The notes beneath the pieces were generated by a model, which saw nothing but the letters and a program-made list of their open reading frames with translations, had not been told where the DNA came from and did not search any database. DNA of 64,000 nt, taken from NCBI GenBank assembly GCA_009912235.1, contig WNDS01000003.1:719634-783633 (forward strand), read 5' to 3'. The DNA comes from Stenotrophomonas maltophilia. Lineage in GTDB: Bacteria > Pseudomonadota > Gammaproteobacteria > Xanthomonadales > Xanthomonadaceae. Numbering within the stretch: the stretch's first letter is position 1; each line of letters begins with the position of its first letter. The translations under genes were made by a program, and so were the position numbers. Positions 10,773 to 20,903 of the stretch are shown here, piece after piece.

Positions 10773-12662
10773 TCAGGCCAGCGGTTCGTCGGACAGGTAG
10801 GTGTAGCCGGTCAGGCCGGCTTCCAGCGCCTGCGACAGCTCCTGCGCCCGTTCCGGCGACAGCCCGGCGGCCGCCACGCGCTGGGCGTAGGCCGCGCGCA
10901 GGTCGTCCAGCGCGTAGCCCACGTAGTCCAGTATCACATCGGTGGTGTCGCCGCGGCGCTGCTGGGTGATGGCATAGCCATCGGCATCGGCCAGCACTTC
11001 CACCGCGTCGGTGTCACCGAACAGGTTGTGGATGTCGCCAAGGATCTCCTGGTAGGCACCCACCATGAAGAAACCGATGCGGTAGCTTTCGCCCGGCTTC
11101 ATCGCATGCAGCGGCAACGAGGTGTCCAGGCTCTCGTTCTCGACATAGGTCTTGACCATGCCGTCCGAATCGCAGGCCATGTCGGCGATGATGCCGCGGC
11201 GGTCCGGCGTTTCGTCCAGGCGCTCGATCGGCACGATCGGGAACACCTGGTCGATGGCCCAGGCATCGGGAATCGACTCGAACACGCTGAAATTGACGAA
11301 GTACTTGTCGACCAGGCGCTCGTTCAGTTCATCCAGCGCCGGGCGGTGGCTCTTCTCGTCGTAGCTCAGGCGCACACGCACGCCGTGGGCGATGGCGTAG
11401 AACAGATCGTCGATGCGCGCACGCTGCGGCAGGTCGATCTGGCCCAGCGCATAGCTGGACAGGCCTTCGGCATGGAAGTGCTGCGCTTCCTGGAACAGTT
11501 CCACCGCCGGGCGCACGTCCAGCTCTTCGTGGATCTCGCGTAGGTGGCGGATCGAGGCCGGCTCGTCATCGTGCGCATCGGGCACGCGGCCTTCCTGCGC
11601 TTCTTCCACTTCGGAGACGTTGGCGATCAGCACCGCGTGGTGCGCGGTCATCGCGCGGCCGCACTCGGTGACGATGCGCGGCGGGGTCAGGCCGTGCTCT
11701 TCGCAGGCGCTGGCCAGCGGCTGCACGATGTTGCTGGCATAGGAATGCAGGCCGTAGTTGATCGAGCAGAAGCTGCGCGAACGGGTGCCCTCGTAATCCA
11801 CGCCCAGGCCACCACCCACGTCCACGTGGGTGATCTTCGCGCCCAGGCGCGAGAGTTCCACGAAGTAGCGGGTGGCTTCGCGCATGCCGTTGGCGATGTC
11901 GCGCACGTTGGAGATCTGCGAGCCCATGTGGAAATGCAGCAGACTCAGGCAGTCGGCGTACTCGGTATCGCGCAGCGACTTCCACAGGTCCAGCAGCTGG
12001 CGCGGGGACAGGCCGAACTTGGCCTTGTCGCCACCGCTGTTCTGCCACTTGCCGGCGCCCAGCGAGGCCAGGCGCATGCGCACGCCCAGGCCCGGCTTCA
12101 CGTCCAGCGCCTTGGACTCTTCCAGCACCAGCTTCAGCTCGGAGGGCTTCTCGATGACGATGAAGGTCTGCAGGCCCAGCTTGCGGCCGATCAGCGCCAG
12201 GCGGATGTACTCGCGGTCCTTGTAGCCGTTGCAGACGATCAGCCCACCCGGGCGCGACAGCGCCAGCACGGCCATCAGCTCGGGCTTGCTGCCCGCTTCC
12301 AGGCCGAAGCCTTCGCCGTGGTGGCTGGCCAGGGTGCCGGCCACGCCGCGGTGCTGGTTGACCTTGATCGGGTAGACGGCGGTGTAGCCACCGGCATAGT
12401 CCCAGTCCTGCTGGGCCTGGCCGAAGGCGGCCTGCAGCTTGCCCAGGCGCTGGCCGAGGATGTCCGGGAAGCGCACCAGCAGCGGCAGCTTGGCGCCAGC
12501 GGCGCGCGCAGCGTCCACCACCTTGGGCAGCGACACCACCGGGCCATCCGCCCCGGTCGGTCTCACTACCATGTGCCCGGCCTGATCCACGTCGAAATAG
12601 CCATCCGCCCAGTGCGGGATCGAGTAGGTCTTGCGGGCTTGGTCGAGGGACCAATCGGTCAT
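10773..12662 (-). CDS. speA: Biosynthetic arginine decarboxylase
   Basis: YPIKVNQ PLP lysine, HFHMGSQI, DVGGGLGVDY, CDSDG, GAYQEILGDIHNLFG. Confidence 0.95.
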   Translation of the reverse strand: MTDWSLDQARKTYSIPHWADGYFDVDQAGHMVVRPTGADGPVVSLPKVVDAARAAGAKLPLLVRFPDILGQRLGKLQAAFGQAQQDWDYAGGYTAVYPIKVNQHRGVAGTLASHHGEGFGLEAGSKPELMAVLALSRPGGLIVCNGYKDREYIRLALIGRKLGLQTFIVIEKPSELKLVLEESKALDVKPGLGVRMRLASLGAGKWQNSGGDKAKFGLSPRQLLDLWKSLRDTEYADCLSLLHFHMGSQISNVRDIANGMREATRYFVELSRLGAKITHVDVGGGLGVDYEGTRSRSFCSINYGLHSYASNIVQPLASACEEHGLTPPRIVTECGRAMTAHHAVLIANVSEVEEAQEGRVPDAHDDEPASIRHLREIHEELDVRPAVELFQEAQHFHAEGLSSYALGQIDLPQRARIDDLFYAIAHGVRVRLSYDEKSHRPALDELNERLVDKYFVNFSVFESIPDAWAIDQVFPIVPIERLDETPDRRGIIADMACDSDGMVKTYVENESLDTSLPLHAMKPGESYRIGFFMVGAYQEILGDIHNLFGDTDAVEVLADADGYAITQQRRGDTTDVILDYVGYALDDLRAAYAQRVAAAGLSPERAQELSQALEAGLTGYTYLSDEPLA

Positions 12663-12838
12663 TGCAGTCGGCCTTGTTGGTAATAAAAGGGGGCATGATA
12701 ACGCCTATATGCCGACAGGTCCGTTATCATGCGCGCCCGCGCCCGCGGCAGGTCTGAACCTGAACGGGCCGACCCGTCCGGAAGCGAGGCGCCCTGCCGT
12801 CAGCCCGGCTCCATCCCCTCCGTACAGGAATGTTTTCT

Positions 12839-13690
12839 ATGACTGACAGCAACAACTGGTACATCGAACACTTCGAGCGCACCGGCTCGGCCATCGGCTA
12901 CCGCATCACCGGCAAGCTGGACGAGGTGCAGTCGCCGTTCCAGAAGATCGAGATCTTCCAGACCACCGACTGGGGCAACCTGATGACCATCGACGGGGCC
13001 ATCATGCTGACCAGCAAGGACAACTTCTTCTACCACGAGATGATCAGCCACCCGGTGCTGTTCACCCACGCCGCGCCCAAGCGCGTGGTCATCATCGGCG
13101 GCGGCGACTGCGGCACCCTGCGCGAAGTGCTCAAGCACAAGGGCATGGAGAGCGTGACCCAGTGCGATATCGACGAGCAGGTCACGGTGATGGCGCGCAA
13201 GCACTTCCCGGAACTGTGCGATTCCAACAACGACCCGCGCGCCGAACTGCTGTTCGATGACGGCGTGGCCTACATGGCCAACTGCCCGGCCGGCAGCGTG
13301 GACGTGGTGATCGTGGATTCCACCGACCCGGTCGGCCCGGGTGAAGGCCTGTTCAACAAGGCGTTCTACGAGAGCTGCTTCAAGGCCCTGAAGGACGACG
13401 GCATCCTGGTGCAGCAGTCCGAATCGCCGCTGATGCAGCTGGACCTCATCAACGAAATGCGCACCGAGATGGGCAAGGCCGGCTTCGGTTCGTTCAAGAC
13501 CCTGCCGTTCCCGCAGCCGTGCTACCCCACCGGCTGGTGGAGCGTCACCCTGGCCCGCAAGGGCGAGAGCGGCTTCGACTTCCGCCAGGCCGACTCGGCC
13601 GCCAAGGGCTTTGACACCCTGTACTACACCGCCGCGCTGCACACCGGCGTGCTGGTGACCCCGCCGTTCGTGCAGGCTGCACTGAAGTAA
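12839..13690 (+). CDS. speE: Spermidine synthase (polyamine aminopropyltransferase)
   Basis: IIGGGDCG, DSTDPVGP; divergent from speA. Confidence 0.95.
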   Translation: MTDSNNWYIEHFERTGSAIGYRITGKLDEVQSPFQKIEIFQTTDWGNLMTIDGAIMLTSKDNFFYHEMISHPVLFTHAAPKRVVIIGGGDCGTLREVLKHKGMESVTQCDIDEQVTVMARKHFPELCDSNNDPRAELLFDDGVAYMANCPAGSVDVVIVDSTDPVGPGEGLFNKAFYESCFKALKDDGILVQQSESPLMQLDLINEMRTEMGKAGFGSFKTLPFPQPCYPTGWWSVTLARKGESGFDFRQADSAAKGFDTLYYTAALHTGVLVTPPFVQAALK

Positions 13691-13693
13691 GGC

Positions 13694-13752
13694 GTGCCGA
13701 CCAACGGTCGGCAACTACCGGGGCTGATGCGTGCCGACTAACGGTCGGCACC
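13694..13752. repeat. Tandem REP pair
   Basis: GTGCCGACCAACGGTCGGCA and GTGCCGACTAACGGTCGGCAC hairpins; the first ends in CTACC. Confidence 0.75.
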
Positions 13753-13761
13753 CGCCCAATG

Positions 13762-13793
13762 AAAAACCCGCGCTGTCGCCAGCGCGGGTTTTT
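13762..13793. terminator. Bidirectional intrinsic terminator (speE/lpxO)
   Basis: AAAAACCCGCGCT...AGCGCGGGTTTTT. Confidence 0.85.
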
Positions 13794-13833
13794 GTTTTCC
13801 GGTAGCGCCGGGCCATGCCCGGCGAGCGTTCGA

Positions 13834-14739
13834 TCAGATCGCCCAGATGCCGGCGATCACCGCCACCACCAGGCCCCACTTGATCAACTGGTAAGCCAGC
13901 CAGCTGCGCTCGCGCAAGGCCTTGGCCTTCAGGCGGATCTTGTAGACGCTGCCGAAGGCCTTGTTGACGCCACCGGTCGGGTCACCCGGCAGGTTCGGCG
14001 AAGCACCGCCGGCCAGCAGCGTGGCAGCCACGGCGCGGTTGAACAGGCCCGGCAGGCCGAAACGCAGCGGGCGGGCGATGTCGCAGAACAGGATCACGCG
14101 GTCCTGGTCGGTTTCATTGTGCGCATGGTGGATGTAGGTCTCGTCGAACATCATCCACTCGCCGTCGCGCCAGCTCTTCTTCACCCCGTCCACCACGATG
14201 TAGCAGCCGTCGTCATTGGGCGTGGTCAGGCCCAGGTGCAGGCGCAGCGAGCCGGCGAACGGGTCACGGTGCGGGCGCAGTTCGCTGCCCGGCGGCAGCT
14301 GGGCGAACATCGCCGCGCGCACGTCCGGCAGCGACTCCAGCAGCGCGGTGGTCTGCGGGCACATCGCCTTGGCCGACGGGTGCGAGGGGCCGTACCACTT
14401 CAGGTAGAAGCGCTTCCAGCCACGGCGGAAGAACGAATTGAAGCCGGCATCATTGAACGTGCTGGAGGCGGCGATCTTCTGCGCATCGCGCAGCGCCAGC
14501 GCCTCGTCGCGGATCATCTTCCAGTTCTGCCGCAGCGGCTCCAGCTGCGGGAAGTCCTTGCCCGGGTCCAGGAACGGCGTGGTCGGCACCTTCGAGAACA
14601 GGTACATGACCACGTTGATCGGGGCCATGAAGCTGGAATGGTCCAGCAGCTGGCGCGACCAGCGCGCGCGGACCTTGCCGCGGAAATGGATGCGCAGCAC
14701 GCAGGCCACGAACAGCACTGCCAGCACGATCTTGATCAT
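13834..14739 (-). CDS. lpxO: Lipid A hydroxylase (aspartyl/asparaginyl beta-hydroxylase family)
   Basis: DAGFNSFFRRGWKRFYLKWY, HRDP, FDETYIH; terminal TM helices. Confidence 0.88.
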   Translation of the reverse strand: MIKIVLAVLFVACVLRIHFRGKVRARWSRQLLDHSSFMAPINVVMYLFSKVPTTPFLDPGKDFPQLEPLRQNWKMIRDEALALRDAQKIAASSTFNDAGFNSFFRRGWKRFYLKWYGPSHPSAKAMCPQTTALLESLPDVRAAMFAQLPPGSELRPHRDPFAGSLRLHLGLTTPNDDGCYIVVDGVKKSWRDGEWMMFDETYIHHAHNETDQDRVILFCDIARPLRFGLPGLFNRAVAATLLAGGASPNLPGDPTGGVNKAFGSVYKIRLKAKALRERSWLAYQLIKWGLVVAVIAGIWAI

Positions 14740-14964
14740 CAGCCTTTACCTCCGGCCGGGGCCGGACCCTGTGTGGTGGGGGCGACACATGGCCGGACGG
14801 CCAGCACCGAGGGCGCGAACAGGCGGGGGCGTGCCGAAGGGGGCGGCCGCCGGTTTCGCGAACAACGGCGTATGATCGGCACCGCCCGGGCCCGGGTCAA
14901 GCACCCTTGCCTGCCTGTTCAGGCTTCTCACCGGCAATGCGACACTGGGGCATGACCGCCCCGC

Positions 14965-15903
14965 ATGATCCCTACCCGCCTTACTGGCGGGCTTACCTGC
15001 CCTTCTTCGGCCTGCCGGCCGAGCATCCGCCCCCCCCACGCTGAAACGGTGCGTGCCGGCGGCTGGACGCTGCCGCTGGACCGGCATGGCCCGGCCGACG
15101 CACCGGTGAGCGTGCTGCTGGTGCATGGCGCTGGCGGCTACGGGCGCCTGTTCGCCCCGCTCGCGCAGCGGCTCAGCCGCCACGGCGTAGAAGTGATCGC
15201 CCCGGATCTGCCCGGCTACGGCCGCCACCGTGCCCACTGGACGCAGGTGGACTACGGCGTCTGGCAGCAGGCGCTGCTAGCCCTGATCGAAACCGAATAC
15301 CGCGCCCGGCCACGGCCCATCGTGCTGCTCGGCGCCAGCATCGGCGGCTTCCTGGCCTGGCAGGTGGCGGCGCGCTCGCCGCACGTGCACGGGCTGGTGG
15401 TGACCACCCTGGCCGACCCACGCGATGCCGCCGTGCAGGCCGCGCTGGTGCGCTGGTCGTGGATGCGCCGCACCCTGCCGTGGCTGAAGCCACCGGCCCG
15501 GCTGACCCGCGGGCTGCGCGTACCGGTGCGCTGGTTCACCCACATGCAGCACATGTCGCGCGACCCGGCGCTGTCGGCCGTGGTCTGTTCCGATCCGCAG
15601 GGCGGCGGCAACCGCGTGCCACTGGGCCTGCTGGCCTCGCTGTTCGACGCCCGCGCCCCCGCAGCGGAGGCTTTCGACCGCTGCCCCGTACTGATGGTCC
15701 GCCCCGCCAACGACCGCTGGACGCCGGTGGCGATCAGTGACCCGCTGTTCGAACGCCTGACCGTTCCCAAGCACCGCGTGCTGCTGCAGAACTGCGGCCA
15801 CTTTCCAATCGAAGCGCCGGGCGTGGACCAGTTCGAGGCGGCGATGCTCGACTTCCTGGAAACCGTGCGGGATGGATCATCCCGCGCCAAGCCATTGATC
15901 TGA
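14965..15903 (+). CDS. Alpha/beta hydrolase (lysophospholipase-like)
   Basis: HGAGG, DLPGYG, GASIGG nucleophile, GHFP. Confidence 0.8.
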   Translation: MIPTRLTGGLTCPSSACRPSIRPPHAETVRAGGWTLPLDRHGPADAPVSVLLVHGAGGYGRLFAPLAQRLSRHGVEVIAPDLPGYGRHRAHWTQVDYGVWQQALLALIETEYRARPRPIVLLGASIGGFLAWQVAARSPHVHGLVVTTLADPRDAAVQAALVRWSWMRRTLPWLKPPARLTRGLRVPVRWFTHMQHMSRDPALSAVVCSDPQGGGNRVPLGLLASLFDARAPAAEAFDRCPVLMVRPANDRWTPVAISDPLFERLTVPKHRVLLQNCGHFPIEAPGVDQFEAAMLDFLETVRDGSSRAKPLI

Positions 15904-16101
15904 AAGGCCACAACTCGGAAGTGGGACGTTATCGTCCGACGCTGCATGACGAACTGTTCCAGCAGCGGTTCCGACGAAACTCTGACAAATCGTGGATTAG
16001 CAAACTACCGGGTACTAAAATTAACGCAACAGCAACATCTTCCCCGTAGCACCGGTTCGCTTGACGCTCTGCGCCACCCACCGGGTCAGCCAGAGAACGC
16101 C

Positions 16102-16762
16102 ATGACCCCGCACACCTCCCCCCTCCCCCCCCTGCAGCGGCGACAGTGCCGCACCTGCGCTGCTCAAACGCGGCGAACGCTTCCTGGCCCCGGATGTCTA
16201 CCGCACCTGCCTGCAGGGGCGCGAGGCCGTGGTCAAGGACTACTCGCGCTACCGTGGCACGCCGCTGGCACTGGTGGCGCGGCTGATGGTGCGCCGCGAA
16301 GCCCGCATGCTGGCCCGGCTGGGGGGCTGGAAACATGCACCGGCCCTGCTGGGCACCCTGGGCGGGCTGGCCGTGGGCATGGAATTCATTCCCGGGCAGA
16401 CCCTGACCAGCGCCGAAGCGGTCAGTGGCGAGGTGTTCGAACAGCTGCAGAACGCGCTGCACCGCCTGCACGCCGCCGGCATCACCCACAACGACCTGCA
16501 CGGCACCAACGTGGTGATCAGCGCCAGGGTGCCGGTGCTGCTGGACTTCACCTCGGCCTGGCGTGTACCGCGCTGGCTGCGGCGCAATCCGGTCAGCCGC
16601 CAGCTGCGCCGCAGTGACATGAAGAACCTGCTGAAGATGCGCCAGCGCGTGACCGGCCAGGCGCCCAGTGCCGCGCAGGCCGCGCGCGTGGCCGACCCCG
16701 GCTGGGTGGCCGCCGTGCGCCAGGGCTGGAAGCGGTTCTACCGCTGGGCCAAGCGGCGGTAA
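16102..16762 (+). pseudogene. RIO/Kdo-type kinase-like phosphotransferase, frameshift in poly-C tract
   Basis: VVKDY, HNDLHGTN, LDF motifs. The ATG at 16102 is out of frame, across C6-T-C8 (16118-16132). Confidence 0.7.
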
Positions 16763-16873
16763 ATGCCGCCGGTTGGCGCGGCGGGTTGGATGGCCTGAGG
16801 TGGTGGGTGCGTGATGGGGTTCGATCGCCTGACGCGGATGGAACGCCTGATGGGTGCGGAATGCGCGATGGCA

Positions 16874-16963
16874 GGTAGAGTCGACTGTTAGTCGACTGCT
16901 CTTCCCATCTACGCTCGAAATGCCCGCGCTGCGCGCGATAGTCGACTAACAGTCGACTCTACC
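16874..16963. repeat. Inverted SMAG REP dimer
   Basis: GGTAGAGTCGACTGTTAGTCGACT ... AGTCGACTAACAGTCGACTCTACC. Confidence 0.85.
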
Positions 16964-17028
16964 CCGCCGTAGCCCGATATCCCGTCGCGTTCCCGCATCG
17001 CGCCACGTTCCGGTATCCCGCACCACGC

Positions 17029-18050
<1,022 letters not shown>

Positions 18051-18236
18051 GCGGAATGTTCGCCCTAGACGCGATCAATTGTGGCTCGCCCTGATGTTGA
18101 AGTTCGCGTTCCCCGAATACTGCTGGAATGTTGTGCTGGGTTGAACAAACCCCATTCTGCTGCCCCCGTGGAGCGCGTGAGCACCACTCCGCTGAATCTA
18201 GATGTGGATGACAAGCTGCGGCCAGAAGCGATCGTT

Positions 18237-18296
18237 CGCCAACACCTGAACTAAGCCGCGCAGCGAAGCGGCGTCAGCTTGAACGAATTATTAGGC
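18237..18296 (-). mobile_element. Integron attC site (degenerate, Xanthomonadales-type)
   Basis: Minus strand reads GCCTAAT-AATTCGTTCAAGCTGACGCCGCTTCGCTGCGCGGCTTAGTTCAGGT-GTTGGCG. R'' is one mismatch from RYYYAAC; R' = GTTRRRY; 60 bp. The ORF tail is PNNSFKLTPLRCAA. Confidence 0.75.
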
Positions 18297-18440
18297 CATA
18301 GCCTCATGATGATGCCGGAGAACCCGCCGCACAGCAGCAGATACGCGGCACTGAAGCTGCCGTTGAAACTCAGCGCAGGTGACACAGCAAGCGCCACCCC
18401 GAACCCGTACTTCACAACGAATGTGACCAGCAGCAGCGGC
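18297..18440 (-). pseudogene. 3' remnant of a cassette-borne membrane protein
   Basis: LPLLLVTFVVKYGFGVALAV... hydrophobic, unrelated to ALDH, ends in the attC. Confidence 0.55.
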
Positions 18441-18880
18441 AGCAGGTTGTTGGCGGCCGCATGCATCACATGGCGGCCCACGGACGTGCTACCGGTAAAC
18501 ACCAGATGGTCGAACGGCAGTTCGCTGAAGGCCTTGCCCACCTCGGCATCGCCCAACACCACGCCCAAATCCATCGGGTCGAAGTACTCGGCAATCAGCT
18601 CGGCCAGCAGTTCAGAGGTGGCCGGGGTGAGTTCGGAAGGCTTAATGAGCGCGGCGTTGCCTGCCGCAAACACGCCGGCCAGCGGCGCGAAGGCCAGGTT
18701 GATCGGGAAATTCCACGGGCTGATGATGCCGTCCACGCCCAGTGGCTGGTGCTCGATGCGCGTCTGCATGCCGGCCGCCGGGGCCTCCACGTCTTCGCTC
18801 TGCGTCCAGGTGCCCACGTTGGCGGCGGCATGCTTGAGCGTGGCGGCGGTGGTGCCCACGTCCACCAGCAGCGACTGGTA
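18441..18880 (-). pseudogene. Internal fragment of aldehyde dehydrogenase (coniferyl-aldehyde DH-like)
   Basis: PWNFP, KPSELTP, FTGSTSVG; stops before ELGGK. Confidence 0.8.
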
Positions 18881-19270
18881 GCGGCTGCACCGGAGGTCGC
18901 GCAGCGCATCGCCGCGCGGGCGGACTGCGGTGCTGCGCTGTGCGAGGAGCCGTTGCTGGCCTACAGCCTGGACCGGCGGCTGGTGGATGCGTGGCTGCAG
19001 TTCAATCAGCTTGATGTGCGCCCGCCGCTGTCTGCGTTGCTGGGGCAGGATCTACGTGGGCTGCAGCGGCCGCTGCAATTGGGGGTGGGCTGGACGGTGC
19101 TGCCGCATTACCTGTGTGCGTATGCACTGAAGCGCGGGACGCTGGTGGAGATTGAAGGGCCTGTTGGACGGGCGACGCTGGATTACTACTTGATGTGAAC
19201 GGCGGCGGGGTGGCGGCAGCCGCGGGTGGCATGCGAGGCAGGCTTTGCTTTGGCGGATGCGGTCAGCTGT
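18881..19270 (+). pseudogene. C-terminal fragment of a LysR-family regulator
   Basis: QDLRGL...GVGWTVLPHYL substrate-binding segment; no HTH; TGA at 19196-19198. Confidence 0.6.
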
Positions 19271-19762
19271 TTGAGACGACATGAAGAACGTTTGGCGCTG
19301 AGTGACCGGTATGCACCACAGGGGCACTGACTTGCCATAAGGATGCAGCTCGAGCCGTCGGAAACGAGGAACATGCCCCTCGCGCGTATGGCTGTACATG
19401 TGTGGTGCGCGGCCTGGCTATTGTCCGGCTAGTGGTGAATCCTTGCCCCTTGCAGATTGGCGGCAGACCCAGCAGCCCCTGCCTATGTACGGATGAGGAC
19501 ATTCCTTGCTTTCAGCTCAGGGGTCCGGAAGCAGTTCGTTCTATTCACCTCAAAACGGCGTTGCAGGGAAGGATCCCGCGAGGCTGCGGCTGGCACAACA
19601 CTGTTGAGCGAGGCACCGTCGTGGTTCTGAGGCGGTGGTTGTGCGGCTGGAGCCCGCTCACAATCGGCTGTCATCGATAGTTCCATCCCGCCCTAATGCG
19701 GCCCCAACGAATCTAGCCGCTTCATTTGAATAGGTCAGTCGTCACTGACTATGACGACTCCA

Positions 19763-20305
19763 CTAGCGCGGCTTCATTGCGCGAACTGAGCTCCGAATCG
19801 ATTCTGCAGCAGAGGGCATTGCGCCGCACTCAGTCGCGAGTTTGAAGAACTCTTCAGCAGCATGATGTGGAATCAAACCATTTGAACGGACGCAATCTCT
19901 CGCGAAGGGTGCGAGGTCGTTAATATCCCCGCCGGTTAGATATCCTGAACCCATCGCCTCATCCTTAAACCTCTCAATCGCCGAAAGAGGAAGGTCTGGC
20001 CCACAAACAAAATATTTAATATATTTAATGAAATTTGGATGAATCAGCAATTCATCGCCGGAAGTTCCATTCCGTTCAAAAACCTGCACTCGCGACCTCC
20101 CTCGCCCACCAGGGTTTAACTGGGGATCCGTCAAGTATGCAATTCTCTCTTTCGGAACAGCCCCTCTATCGAGAAGGCTACGAGCAAGAAGCCCCATTGA
20201 AGCAAGCGAGCTAGAGGTTTGATTTAGAGCACTAGAGTCGAAATCGATAGAATGAAAAAGCGCACTCTCCTCACTCGTCAAAGAAATATCAGGAGCACTC
20301 ATCAA
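19763..20305 (-). CDS. Hypothetical protein (AT-rich), co-oriented downstream of the RT fusion
   Basis: 180-aa intact ORF with GAGAGGG RBS-like sequence; hairpin AGTCGTCA-N7-TGACGACT (19737-19759) after the stop. Confidence 0.7.
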   Translation of the reverse strand: MMSAPDISLTSEESALFHSIDFDSSALNQTSSSLASMGLLARSLLDRGAVPKERIAYLTDPQLNPGGRGRSRVQVFERNGTSGDELLIHPNFIKYIKYFVCGPDLPLSAIERFKDEAMGSGYLTGGDINDLAPFARDCVRSNGLIPHHAAEEFFKLATECGAMPSAAESIRSSVRAMKPR

Positions 20306-20903
20306 AAATACCCTCTCAATATATTAAGTTCAAACCAGCAACAGGAAGGATGCAAACAAAACGCCATAAGGCTTTCGAAACAGTAGTCAGCGCTCGATCA
20401 AATTCACTTAAAAATACTGGCACAAGCAAAGTGAGACGAACCTAGAGCGATACCGCGGGGCATCAGTACTGCTCACATCGCCCCGCCAATGTCCGACCAT
20501 GCGGGCAAATTTATGCGCGACAACTGACCATTGCAAGTGAGATCAGCCACCAAAAAATCTACCCAAGCTGCCTCCGATCCATTGCTGCTTGCCTTAAGGC
20601 CAGGCTGCTGATGTCGGTCTCTGCGACATGCATTGAATCGCTCACACAAAGAATCTGGATCACCAAAACTCCTTGAGAAATTTTCTACCAATTTTCTATA
20701 TTCGGCGTCGCTAACTCCCTCGTGCTGGGCACCAAGCAATTTCTGATATGCACTCGCGAAACCATCTCTATCGCGTGTAACCCCCGACAGGAAGTTGGCG
20801 CTTTGCAGCAGGTCTTCTATCCTTTTGCTCAGCGTTTCCCTGTCGGACTCAGAAATTTGCGCGCCCGACTCCTCGGGTGCAACAAGGGCTCGTGTCAGCC
20901 CTC

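Noticed and set aside
19321-19370. Hammerhead ribozyme (CTGA...GAAA)
   Set aside because: Core CTGANGA is absent (CTGACTT) and the stems do not flank the motifs correctly.
19690-19715. Second attC (CCCTAAT / CCCCAAC)
   Set aside because: No matching L boxes or correctly spaced GTTRRRY.
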